From NCBI GenBank assembly GCA_963834385.1, contig CAWIBO010000005.1:576001-640000 (forward strand): a DNA stretch of 64,000 bases, read 5' to 3'. Positions within the stretch are counted from its first letter, which is position 1. Every line of letters begins with the position of its first letter. Below are positions 23,383 to 34,099 of the stretch, piece by piece. The notes below the pieces were generated by a model. The model did no database searches, was not told where the DNA came from, and was given only the letters and a program-made list of their open reading frames with translations. The position numbers and the translations under genes were made by a program. Source of the stretch: an uncultured Verrucomicrobiae bacterium (GTDB taxonomy: Bacteria; Verrucomicrobiota; Verrucomicrobiia; Chthoniobacterales; UBA10450).

Positions 23383-26300
23383 ATGACTTTCCAGCCTCTT
23401 TCTTTCCTCAGCCGCGTGCAGCAACAGCCTTTGACGCGGCTTCGCGCGGCAGCCTCCTCCCTCGCTAAAACCTTCGGCGCCTCGCTTCCGCGCCGCATTT
23501 CCGCCTTTCACTCCCTCTTCTGTTTGATGATGGTCGCTTCCTCGTTCTTTGCAGTGGCGAGCACAACTTTAGGAGCAACCTACAATTTATGCACCTCTAC
23601 TGCTGACCTGACCGCTGGTTCCAAATATATTGTTGTTTCAACAGGGACCAACGGATCCGGCGTTGCGCTGAGCTATCAAGCTGCGAGTAACAGACCTCAG
23701 TCCGCCTCGGTTACTGTAGCCTCAAGTGCGATTTCAACGACGGCGGCATCCGTCTCATCGGATACAACCTCAGCGTACGAGATCACTCTCGGCGGGAGCA
23801 CCGGGGCGTGGACCCTTTATGATGCAGTTAACGCTGGATATCTGTATGCCGCTAGCTCATCTAATAATCACCTTAAGAATCAATCGACCTCAACGACTTG
23901 GACAATAACTTTTTCTTCAAATGCTGCAATCATGACCAGTGCGGCGCAGGCGACTCGTAACGTATTACAATACAATTCCACCAGTTCTTTATTCTCGTGC
24001 TATACCTCGGGTCAGTCTTCCGTTTACCTGTATAAGTTGGCAGCCGGCCCCTCTGCCCCGGTCGTCACGACCGGCACCGCCGGCACCTTCACCACCACTT
24101 CCGCAGCAATTACCGGCAACAATGTGACTTCAGATGGTGGCTCCGCTGTGACTGAGCGCGGCATCGTCTATAACACCAGCGCAACACCGACTACAGCGAA
24201 CTCGAAGGTCACGGTCGCAGGTACGACCGGCAGTTACGACGCAAACATGACCGGTCTGACGGCTGGCACCACTTATTTTGTAAGGGCCTACGCGATCAAC
24301 GCCATCGGCACGAGTTACGGTTCCGAAATCAGCTTCCCCACTTTGCCCTCAGCGCCGGTGGCGAGCGCGGCAACGGCCATCACCTCCAATAGTTTCAGCG
24401 CGAACTGGGCGGCCGCGACCGGAGCGACCAAATATCGCCTGGATGTATCGACTGATAACGCATTCGGCAGTTTCGTTTCCGGCTTTAGCAGCTTGGATGT
24501 CGGAAACGTAACGACGAAGTCGGTTACGGGCTTGGCGGTCGGAACAACTTATTATTACAGAGTCAGAGCAGAAAACGGCTCAGGCCAGAGCGCAAACTCC
24601 GGCACGATCACGACCGCCACCACCACGCCGACCATCGTCATCACCGGCTCCTTCACCCCGTTTACCACAACCTTTGGCACAGCCAGCGCAGCGCAATCAA
24701 TCAGCGTTTCAGGGTCCAACCTTCTGGCCAACATCACGGTCACCGCCCCCACCAACTACGAGGTATCGCAAACGGCTGGCGGAGCCTCTGGTTATGCGGC
24801 TTCACAGGTATTAACGCAAAGCGGCGGGACAGTTCCCAGCACTACCGTCTATGTGCGGATCGCTGCTTCCGCGCCGGTTGGATCTCCGGCCGGCAATGTC
24901 TCCGCCTCGAGTACGAGCGCGACTACCCAAAATGCGGCGGTGAGCGGAACGGTGTCGGCCGCGGCGCCGACCGTGACGACGACCTCTCCCGCAACGAACA
25001 TCTCTACAACTTCAGTGACGTTGGGTGGCAATATTACCAACACGGGCGGCTCGAATGCGACAGTGCGCGGCTTCGAATACAGCACGACCAACGGGTTCGC
25101 CAATGGAAGTGGAACACCGGTTTCTGAAAGTGGCAGTTTCTCAACGGGTGCCTATACCCTGCCTGTGACCGGCCTCACCCCTGGAACGATCTATTACTTT
25201 AAAGCCTTCGCCACGAATCCCGGTGGAACCAGCTACGGAGCGCAAGTCTCCTTCACGACAGTGCAGGCATACTCGGGTTCTTATAGCGTAGGAACAGGCG
25301 CACCGCTCTACACCACTCTGAAATCGTTCTTCGACGCGGTGAATGCCGGTGTAGTGACAGGGAACATCACCGTAAACATTGTCGGCGATTGCGCCGAATC
25401 AGCTGCTGCCGTCCTGAACCAATGGACGGAATCACCCGCGAGTTCGAATTTCACCATGTTGATCCAGCCCTCGGGCGGAGCGGCCAGGACGATTTCCGGA
25501 AGCATCTCGGGAAATCCATTGGTCAATTTCAACGGCGCGGACAACGTCACCATCAATGGCTTAAATTCGGGTGGGAATTCGCTCACGATTTCCAACACTG
25601 ATTCGGGCGCGACCTCCGGCACTTCTACGATCAAATTCATCGGTGGTGCAACCAACAACACCATCACCAACGCGAGCGTGCTCGGATCGAGCAGCATGGC
25701 CGTGGGGACGAATGGCGGCAACATCTGGTTCAGCACTGATGCCGTTACTTCCGGCGGCAACGACAATAACACCGTCTCCAACTGTAATATAGGTCCAGCG
25801 GGCGCCAATCTACCTACGAAGGGAATCTTCGGAAGCGGGTCCACCGGCACAACCGCGATTGGCAACAGTGGCATCGCCATTAACAATAATAACATCTTTG
25901 ACTTCTTCGGCGCGGCGACGACAAGCGCCGGTGTTTACACGAGCGGCGGCTGCAACACCTGGACAATTACCAATAATCGCTTCTATCAAACCGGGACGCG
26001 CACTTGGACAACCGGCGCGAACCATTTTCCGATCGACATCAACAATACCTCCGCCACATCCGGAGCCCAAGGTTTCACGATTACCGGCAACACAATCGGC
26101 TACGCCTCGAACACACAAACTGGCGCTTACACTCTGACTGGTTCAACGGGCAAATTTGTTGGCATTCACTTTAACGGAATTACAGGCGGGACGAGCAGTG
26201 ACATTTCGAGTAATACGATCGCATCGGTCAGTCTGAGCGGGGTTACGTCCTCCGGCACCAGCACCAGTAGCCCTTTCATCGGCATATACATTGAAACCGG

Positions 26301-29300
26301 TGTCACCGCCACGAACAGCAACGTCCTGGGCAGTCAAGCGGTGACTGGCTCTCTGACGTTCTCCACTACCACAACGACTGCCACAGATGTTCACGGCATC
26401 TACAATTTCAGCTCAGACGTGTGGACGTCCAGCAGCAATAACATCGGCGGCATTTCTGTAACCAATGCAGGAGCCTCTGGAACGTTTACCGTGTATGGCC
26501 TGAGAGCCAATACCCTGACCAGCGTGGCCTGGACCGCCGCCTCGAACCTCGTTGGCGGAACCGTTGCCGACTCGATTCAATTGAATGCGACAGGCGCGGC
26601 CTCGCAGGTCATAGGCATTCACACGAGCAACGCACCCTCCACCCTGACCTCCAACACCGTGAGGAATCTCTCGTCGAACATCGGCACCGGAACGACTACG
26701 GGCGCCTCTGTGATCGGGATGAATTTAACGACCACTTCATCCAACCACACTCTTTCCCAGAATACGATTCATAGCCTCGCCAATACGAGTGCTGCGACAG
26801 CGACCACGGTGACGGGAATCCAATACACCGCGTCAACGGGCCCCAACCTAATCAACAGGAACTTCATCCATTCTTTATCGGCCGCCAGCACTACGGGGAC
26901 ATTGAATGGAATTCAAGTAAGCGGCGGCACCTCCACTTACCGGAATAACATGATCCGCCTGGGAGCGACCACCTCTACCGCGCTCACCATTAACGGAATT
27001 AACGACGCTGCCGGAACCAATAATTTCTATTTTAACAGCGTCTACGTCGGCGGCAGCGGAGTCGGCACGACGGCCAGCAACACATTTGCATTTCGTAGCC
27101 TTGTGACAACCAACACCCGCGCGTTCGTTGACAACATTTTCATGAATGCGCGCTCCAATGCGACCACCGGGGGCAAACATTATGCCGTGCAGGTCGGGGG
27201 CACCACTTCGAATCCAGCGGGCCTGACCATCAATTACAACGTTTATTTCGTCTCCGGAACCGGCGGCGTTTTCGGTCAATTTAACGGCGCGGATGTCGCT
27301 ACCCTCACGGCTTGGCGCACAGCAGTCGGCCAGGACCTTAACAGCATCAGCGGAGACCCTCAGTTTATCAATCCAACCGGCAACGCTACCACCGTTGATT
27401 TACATATCAGCCCAAGCGTCGCTACGCCGGTAGAAAGCGCGGGAAGCCCGATCGCCGGCATCACGATCGACTTTGATGGTGATACCCGAAATGCGACCAC
27501 GCCGGATATAGGCGCGGATGAGGGGACCTTCATTTCGTCTGTTACGGCTGCAATCAACGTGTCGCCGAGTAGTCTCTCCGGATTTTCTACGAACTTTGGC
27601 ACGCCGTCGGCCGCGCAATCGTTTGACGTATCAGGCACCGACTTAACAGGCGACATTTCGATCGCGGCGCCGGCGGGATACGAGGTGTCGAAAACCTCCA
27701 GCACATCTGGATTTTCCGCCTCTCAATCCTTGACTCCTTCGAGCGGCACGGTGCCGACGACGGCTATCTTCGTGCGACTGACAAACGCCGCTCCGGTGGG
27801 TTCTGTTGCGGGCAACGTTATTGTGAGCAGCCCCAGCGCAGCCACCCAGAATGTGGCGGTGAGCGGCAACGTGACAGCCAATGCGCCAGCCGTGACAACC
27901 GGCACGGCAACATTGATTACCACGACAGGAGCCACCCTGGGCGGCAACATCACGGCAACCGGGGGTTCGAATGCGACCGAACGAGGCGTTTACTACAGCA
28001 CAACGAGCGGCTTCGCTAATGGAACCGGAACCAAGGTTTCTACGACCGGTAGCTACACCACTGGCGCTTACACCGTGGCCGCGAGCGGCCTGAGTGACAG
28101 CACGACTTACTACTTCAAAGCCTTCGCCACGGGTCCAGGGGGGACGAGCTACGGCTCGGAGGGCACGTTTAGTACCCTTGAAGCCCGAGCCGGCGGCACA
28201 TGTCACCAGCTTTACGACTGGAACAATCACCACCACGAACATCCCGGTGCAATGGACGGGCACAACGGCTGACGGGTACCTGTTAAGGGTAAGTTCCACG
28301 ACTCCAGCTGATCCAGTGGATGGAACAGCCGTGTCGGATAAGGCGGCGATTACCAGTGGGACCGGCAATATCAATCTTCCCGCCGGGACTACCTCGTACT
28401 CCGGCTTCACCGGGTTTCTCGCTGGAACGACTTACACGTTCAAGATCTACCCCTACAACAACAGCGGAACGGCCATTGACTATAAGACAACGGGTGCGCC
28501 GAGCGTTTCTGCCATACTTGTCCCGGCTGCGCCGGCCACGCCGACATTCACCGCAGTAACCTCGACCGGCTTCACGGTGAATTGGGGCGCGGTCAATGGC
28601 GCAGCGAGCTACCGACTGGATGTTGCTACCGACAACACCTTCACGAGCTTCGTTGCGGGTTATAGTGATCTGACCGTGTCTGGAACGAGTCAAGCCGTGA
28701 CGGGTCTCGGCGCGAATACTCCCTACTACGCACGCGTCCGGGCCGTTAATGCCAGCGGCACAAGCGCTAATTCGAGCGCGGGAACCCTGACAACTGCCCA
28801 GCTGTCGGCTCCGGTAACCCTGCCAGCCTCAGCCATCACCACGACCGGATTTACGGCCAATTGGAATCCCGTTACGGGCGCGACGGGTTACGAAGTGGAT
28901 GTATCGGAGCCTGGTCCCGTGCTGGCTGAGGACTTTACCGACGGTGATTTCACTGCTGCTCCGGTTTGGTCAGGGGACACGGCGAGTTTCGCGATTCTCT
29001 CTGCAGCTACCTTGCCGAGTGGATCTGCGGCGACTGATGGAAATTATCTGGGAAGCAATGGGAGTGTAGGGAGTGCCATTCTTACGACTCCAAGCACCGA
29101 GACCTCAGAGTGGAGGTTTTCATGGGGATCGCCCAGCTTCAGTCCATCTGGCGCGAATCATTTCGGCGTTATCCTAATGTCCACTGCCGCAGTGACGGGA
29201 GACATCGCTACTGCATCATTTAACGGCTATTATCTACGACTTGGGGCCAACGGGAGCGCCGATACTGTAGAACTGTGGAGAAGCACGGCGACCACTAAAA

Positions 29301-31108
29301 CGAAAGTGGGAGATTTTCCCAGCGCGCCGGGGCTCGACACCGCCGCGTTGCAAGATGGTCTCGACGTGCGCGTTACTCGTAACGCGGCCGGCGTATTTCA
29401 GCTGTTTTATGCCACGGGCTTCCAGTACGGAGCCACCCCAACTACGTCCGCTGGGACTCTGACGGACGCCACCTACTCCTCCAGTGCATACTTCGGCGTC
29501 TACACTTCGTTTGGCAATCCTTCGGCAACGCGCCGCGTCTATATCGATAATATCGTATTCGCTACTCCGAGCCAGGTGTTTTTGACCGGCGGCACCACCG
29601 CGGGAACCAGCTTGAGCTTCTCCGGGCTGTCAGCAGGAACTGCTTATTCCTACGTTGTCCGGGCGACGAGCGCGAACAGCACCAGTCCAAATTCCGACAC
29701 CCGCTCTGTCGCTACTACAGCGACACCAACCATCGAGATCAGCGGGACGCTAACCGCCTTCACCACCACTTATGGAGCCGCCTCCTCTGCCCAAACACTG
29801 AACGTCTCCGGCTCAAATCTAACCACTGACATCACGGCAACGGCTCCCGCCGGATACGAGGTCTCCAATGGCGGGCCTTACGGTCTGACCACAACCTTCT
29901 CTCAAAGCGGTGGCTCAGCCACCGGCACCCTGAGCACACGTCTCGCGGCCCTGACCAAGCCGTCGGATTCGCTCGGAACAAATCTGGCCGTCGCCAGCAG
30001 TGGCGCGTCCACGCAGAACGTCACTGTCTCAGGCACGGTGAACAAGGCCACGCCCACTGTGACCGTCGACGCACCGTTCACCTTTACCTACAACAACACC
30101 GCCCAAGGGCCGAACAGCGCCACGGTTACCGGTGTTTCCGGCGGGGTGGCCCCGTCTGGCACCTTGAGCTTCAGCTATGCCGGCAGCGGGATGACCACCT
30201 ACATGGCCAGCGCCACAAGGCCGACCGACGCCGGCTCGTATGACGCCACCGCCAGCATCACAAGTGACGCGAATTACCTGGCGGCCTCCTCCGCAGCCAC
30301 CGCCTTCTCCATTGCCAAGGCCGACCAGACCATTTCGTTCACCCTGCAATCGAGCGTGGCGAAATCCGCCGGCTCACTCGGGTTGAGCGCCTCCGCCACG
30401 TCCGGATTGCCGGTCTCGTTCGCCTCAGGCACACCGAGCGTCGCAGGAGTCACAGGCTCGACGCTCAATCTCCTCCAGGCCGGCACGACCATTGTCACCG
30501 CCAGCCAGGCCGGCGGCACCAATTACAACGCCGCTCCCAACGTCGACCGGACCCTCCATGTCACCGGGCCCATCGCGGCCAACGACATCAACATCACCCG
30601 GCCGGCCAATAGTTCGGACTTCAAAATCCCGATCAGCGATCTCCTGGAGAACGACCAACGCGTTGACGCCAACGGGAATCTCCTGCCCACCGGCATCAGC
30701 CTGAGCTCGGTGACTGCCGGTATGGACAACTTTGTCGAGATTGCTGGCTCCTATGTCTACTTCGAGCCGGTCGATCCGGCCGCCTCGCCGCTCTCCTTCA
30801 CTTACACCATCACCGACGGCAGCTCGGAGGACACGGCCACCGTCACGGTCACGACCGCCGCCGCCGAGAACTTCACGCTCAACATCGTGAGCGCCGGCGC
30901 CCTCTCCTACGACTCCATGGCCGACGAAACGACCGTGACCGTCCAGCTCATTGGCGTCCCGAATCAGACCTACACCATCGAATATTCCAATAACATGATG
31001 TCCTGGACAAACCTGGGGTCGACCGCCACCGGCTCGACCGGGTCGTTCCAGGTGACCGTTATCGCTCCCGGCAACCAGAACTCCTTCTTCTTCCGGGCAC
31101 GCAAATGA
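23383..31108 (+). CDS. Giant (~2,570 aa) secreted Thr/Ser/Gly-rich multidomain protein: FN3-like repeats, parallel beta-helix, Ig/MBG- and cadherin-like domains, C-terminal 'Y.IE.S..W...FFR' domain; frameshift near 28180
   Basis: Signal-like hydrophobic stretch; YYYRVRA/YYFKAFATN.GGTSYG FN3 motifs; I.NN.I beta-helix repeats ending DFDGDTR...PDIGADE; KADQTISF; PIAAND; ends YTIEYSNNMMSW...SFFFRARK. Confidence 0.88.
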
Positions 31109-33273
31109 AGATCAAAGCGCTCCCCTTCGTGAAACCGCTCCTGCTTGCGGGAACAGCGATGCTCTTCGCCCTGACCGCCCGCGCGGAACTGGTGGTGGAC
31201 TACAACTTCACGGTCAATGCCAATATCCCGGATGGGGTCGGCCAATATTCAAATACCCGGACACTGGGCGGTTTTTCGAGCTACTCGGATGTGAATGCTC
31301 GCATCAACCTGACCAGCGCGCCCGGGAGCACGATGTGGCTCGGTGATCTATATTCGACGCTGACCCTCGGCACCGCCGCTGAAAACGAGCGCGTGGCGGT
31401 CCTTCTCAACCGCCCAGGCCGCAGCAACGCCGCGGGGAAAGGCGCCGGCAGCAGCCTCAGTTCTCTCAATATCACCCTCGACGACGCCGCCACCTACAAC
31501 GTCTTCCATGCCACCGACCACCCGACGGAGCTCTTCCTCGAATCTGATGGACGACTTGGAATCAGCCCGACCGGTCCCCGCGTCGCCTTTAATGAAGCCG
31601 ACCGCAACGCCACCCTCACCGCCTTGAACGGCTCCGCTCTCTCCAGCAACACCTTCACCATTCTTATGGCCGACGTTTCCCAGGGCGGACAGGCGAACCT
31701 GGCCGCCTGGGGACTTACCATTACCGGCACCGCTGCGGGGAGCGGTACCCTGAGCGCCGACGGCGGCACCATGGTCATCCGCGACACCAGCAGCGGCGAC
31801 AACAACACCCTGGGTGCGCAGGTTGTGACCACGCAAGCCGGTGGTGGCCCGCTCGTGGTGAACATTGCCGGCAGCATGACTTTTGCGGGCGGGGTCAGCG
31901 GCAGCAGCGGCTTGACCAAACAAGGAGCGGGCACCCTGATTTTGGGCGCGGGCAATACGTATGCGGGTCCGACCACCATCACTTCCGGTATCGTCGAGGT
32001 GTCGAGCCTGACGAACGGCGGCGTCGCCAGCAGCATTGGCAACTCCAGCAACGCCGTGAGCAATCTCGTCCTTGGCGGCGGCGGCGCCTCCACCACCGCG
32101 CAGCTGACCTACACCGGCTCGGGCGACAGCACGGACCGTCTCTTCACCCTCGGTGCAAGCGATGCGAACATCCTCAACGCTTCCGGCACCGGCGCCCTTG
32201 CCTTCGGGAACTCCGGGGCGCTCGCCTTTCTCGGCTCTGGCAATCGCTCTCTCACCCTTGGCGGGACAAACACCGGCGAGAATATCCTGGCCCTTCTCCT
32301 CGGGGATCCATCCGGTGGCACCTTTTCCCTTCTCAAAACGGATGCGGGCACCTGGAATGTGACAAACCAGAGCAACACCTATTCGGGCTCCACCTCACTG
32401 GGAAATGGCACTCTTGGGTTTGCTGACGGCGCCCTCGGTTCGGGCCCCCTCGTTTTTACGAACCCGGTCGGGACCGCTTCTCTGCGCTGGAACACCGGCA
32501 ACGTGCAGGACCTTTCCAGCCGCATCACGATCAACGATGGCGTAACCGCCCGGTTTAACACCAACGGCAACAACCTCACCTTCGCCAGCACCCTCGGCAC
32601 CCAGGCGGGCCAGACCGGCGCCATCGTGAAATCGGGACTCGGCACCCTGACTCTTTCCGCCCCCAACGTCTACAGCGGCGGCACCACCGTGAACGGCGGC
32701 ACCCTGCTGGTGAACAACACGACCGGCTCGGGCACGGGCACGGGCGCGGTCACGGTGAACAATGCCGGCTCGACCTTCGGCGGCACCGGCATCATCTCCG
32801 GGTCCGTCACGGTCAACGCGGGCGCAAACCTCGCACCGGGCGCCAGCACCGGGATTCTGCAGACCGGCGCCCTGACGCTGGAGTCGAACTCCAACTTTGT
32901 CCTCGACCTGAATAGCCTCGTCGCCGGCACCGGCTACGACCAGCTCCGTGTCACCGGCGCGGTCAGCCTCGGCGGCAGCAACATTCTCGTAAACGCTGGT
33001 CCCGGCCTTTCCCTGGGCGACACCTTCTTTGTTCTTCTGAACGACAGTAGCGACGCCATCAGCGGGCAGTTCGCCCAAGTGTCGCTGGTTTCATCCGAAG
33101 GCTATATTTTTGCCGTTGATTACTTCGCCAACGGCGACAGCGGCATGCTCGGGAATGACATTTCCTTGACGGTGACCGCCGTTCCCGAGCCGGGCACAGT
33201 CCTGGCGGGGCTCCTTCTCCTCGGCGCCGTCGGCTGGTCACAGCGTCGCCGATTCCTGCCAGCGAAGTCGTAG
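31105..33273 (+). CDS. PEP-CTERM protein with N-terminal proprotein-convertase P-like domain and autotransporter-associated beta-strand repeats
   Basis: Signal peptide; NIPDG...DV.ARINL.....WLGDLY..LT; LTKQGAGTLIL...NTY.GPTTI repeats; VPEPGT, TM helix and RRR. ATGA overlap with the upstream gene. Confidence 0.9.
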   Translation: MKIKALPFVKPLLLAGTAMLFALTARAELVVDYNFTVNANIPDGVGQYSNTRTLGGFSSYSDVNARINLTSAPGSTMWLGDLYSTLTLGTAAENERVAVLLNRPGRSNAAGKGAGSSLSSLNITLDDAATYNVFHATDHPTELFLESDGRLGISPTGPRVAFNEADRNATLTALNGSALSSNTFTILMADVSQGGQANLAAWGLTITGTAAGSGTLSADGGTMVIRDTSSGDNNTLGAQVVTTQAGGGPLVVNIAGSMTFAGGVSGSSGLTKQGAGTLILGAGNTYAGPTTITSGIVEVSSLTNGGVASSIGNSSNAVSNLVLGGGGASTTAQLTYTGSGDSTDRLFTLGASDANILNASGTGALAFGNSGALAFLGSGNRSLTLGGTNTGENILALLLGDPSGGTFSLLKTDAGTWNVTNQSNTYSGSTSLGNGTLGFADGALGSGPLVFTNPVGTASLRWNTGNVQDLSSRITINDGVTARFNTNGNNLTFASTLGTQAGQTGAIVKSGLGTLTLSAPNVYSGGTTVNGGTLLVNNTTGSGTGTGAVTVNNAGSTFGGTGIISGSVTVNAGANLAPGASTGILQTGALTLESNSNFVLDLNSLVAGTGYDQLRVTGAVSLGGSNILVNAGPGLSLGDTFFVLLNDSSDAISGQFAQVSLVSSEGYIFAVDYFANGDSGMLGNDISLTVTAVPEPGTVLAGLLLLGAVGWSQRRRFLPAKS

Positions 33274-33429
33274 AGGGCGATTTGCTGCAGCGTCCGCCCT
33301 CCCCGGCGGGTTCCCCCTCCTGGGATGTGATCGGTGATCCGTAATCGGTGACCAGGCTAGCCCGCTCCCTTTCAGCTTCCATCTCCTGCCCGCAGCCGAC
33401 GCATGCTAACGGGCTTGGGAGTAAGCTTA

Positions 33430-33460
33430 GCGATCATCGTAAGCGGCTTACGATCGACCC
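33430..33460. repeat. 31-bp palindrome-containing repeat, copy 1
   Basis: GCGATCATCGTAAGCGGCTTACGATCGACCC, identical to 34248-34278. Confidence 0.85.
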
Positions 33461-33706
33461 TCCCTCTCAGCCCTCAGCTCCCTAGCTCTTCCTGCTCCTT
33501 GCTTCCCACTCCGTCCCAGTGCTCCCGCTCCTCCCAATAAAACCTCTTGCTTATCCCCGAAACCGGGCGAGACTCTGGGCACTTGGATTAGTTCTGTCTT
33601 CTTCGTAGTGCGGTAGATCGTCAGGTGAGTCTCTCATTGGTGATTTTGAAACCCGATTCCCGGGAACGGCTTGTAGCTCGCAGTCTTGCTCCAGAAATCA
33701 CACAAC

Positions 33707-33985
33707 ATGAAACTATACGTAGGAAATCTCTCCTTTGAGACCACTGAAAACGATCTGCGCGACCTCTTCGCGCCCCACGGCACCGTCACCGACGTCGCCA
33801 TCCTGAATGACCGCGAAACCGGCCGCTCCCGCGGCTTCGGCTTCGTCACGTTCTCCGACGCCACCGGCGGCAACGCTGCCATCGCGGCGCTCCACGGCAA
33901 AGACTTCGGCGGTCGCGACCTGACCGTGAACGAGGCGCGTGCCCGCGAGGAACGCCCCCGTCAGTTTGCCGGCAACCGCCGGTAA
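33707..33985 (+). CDS. RRM (RNP-1) RNA-binding protein
   Basis: MKLYVGNL (RNP-2), [15 protein letters not shown] (RNP-1) and [10 protein letters not shown]. Confidence 0.96.
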   Translation: MKLYVGNLSFETTENDLRDLFAPHGTVTDVAILNDRETGRSRGFGFVTFSDATGGNAAIAALHGKDFGGRDLTVNEARAREERPRQFAGNRR

Positions 33986-34007
33986 TCGACGCACATCGTA
34001 ATTTGCG

Positions 34008-34045
34008 AACAGGCGCTTCCGCGAGGGAGCGTCTGTTTTGCTTTC
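34008..34045 (+). terminator. Rho-independent terminator of the RRM gene
   Basis: AACAGGCGCTTCC-GCGA-GGGAGCGTCTGTT followed by TTGCTTTC. Confidence 0.8.
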
Positions 34046-34099
34046 TGGGTGCTGAGGTGGGTCACGCGGGGGCGTGGATGCGTGCGCTCCTGGGGGAGC

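Noticed and set aside
15554..33273. Giant genes as classical autotransporters, RTX or CDI toxins
   Set aside because: No C-terminal beta-barrel, RTX nonapeptides, TPS domain or toxin/immunity pair; the C-termini are PEP-CTERM or the short F-x-R domain.
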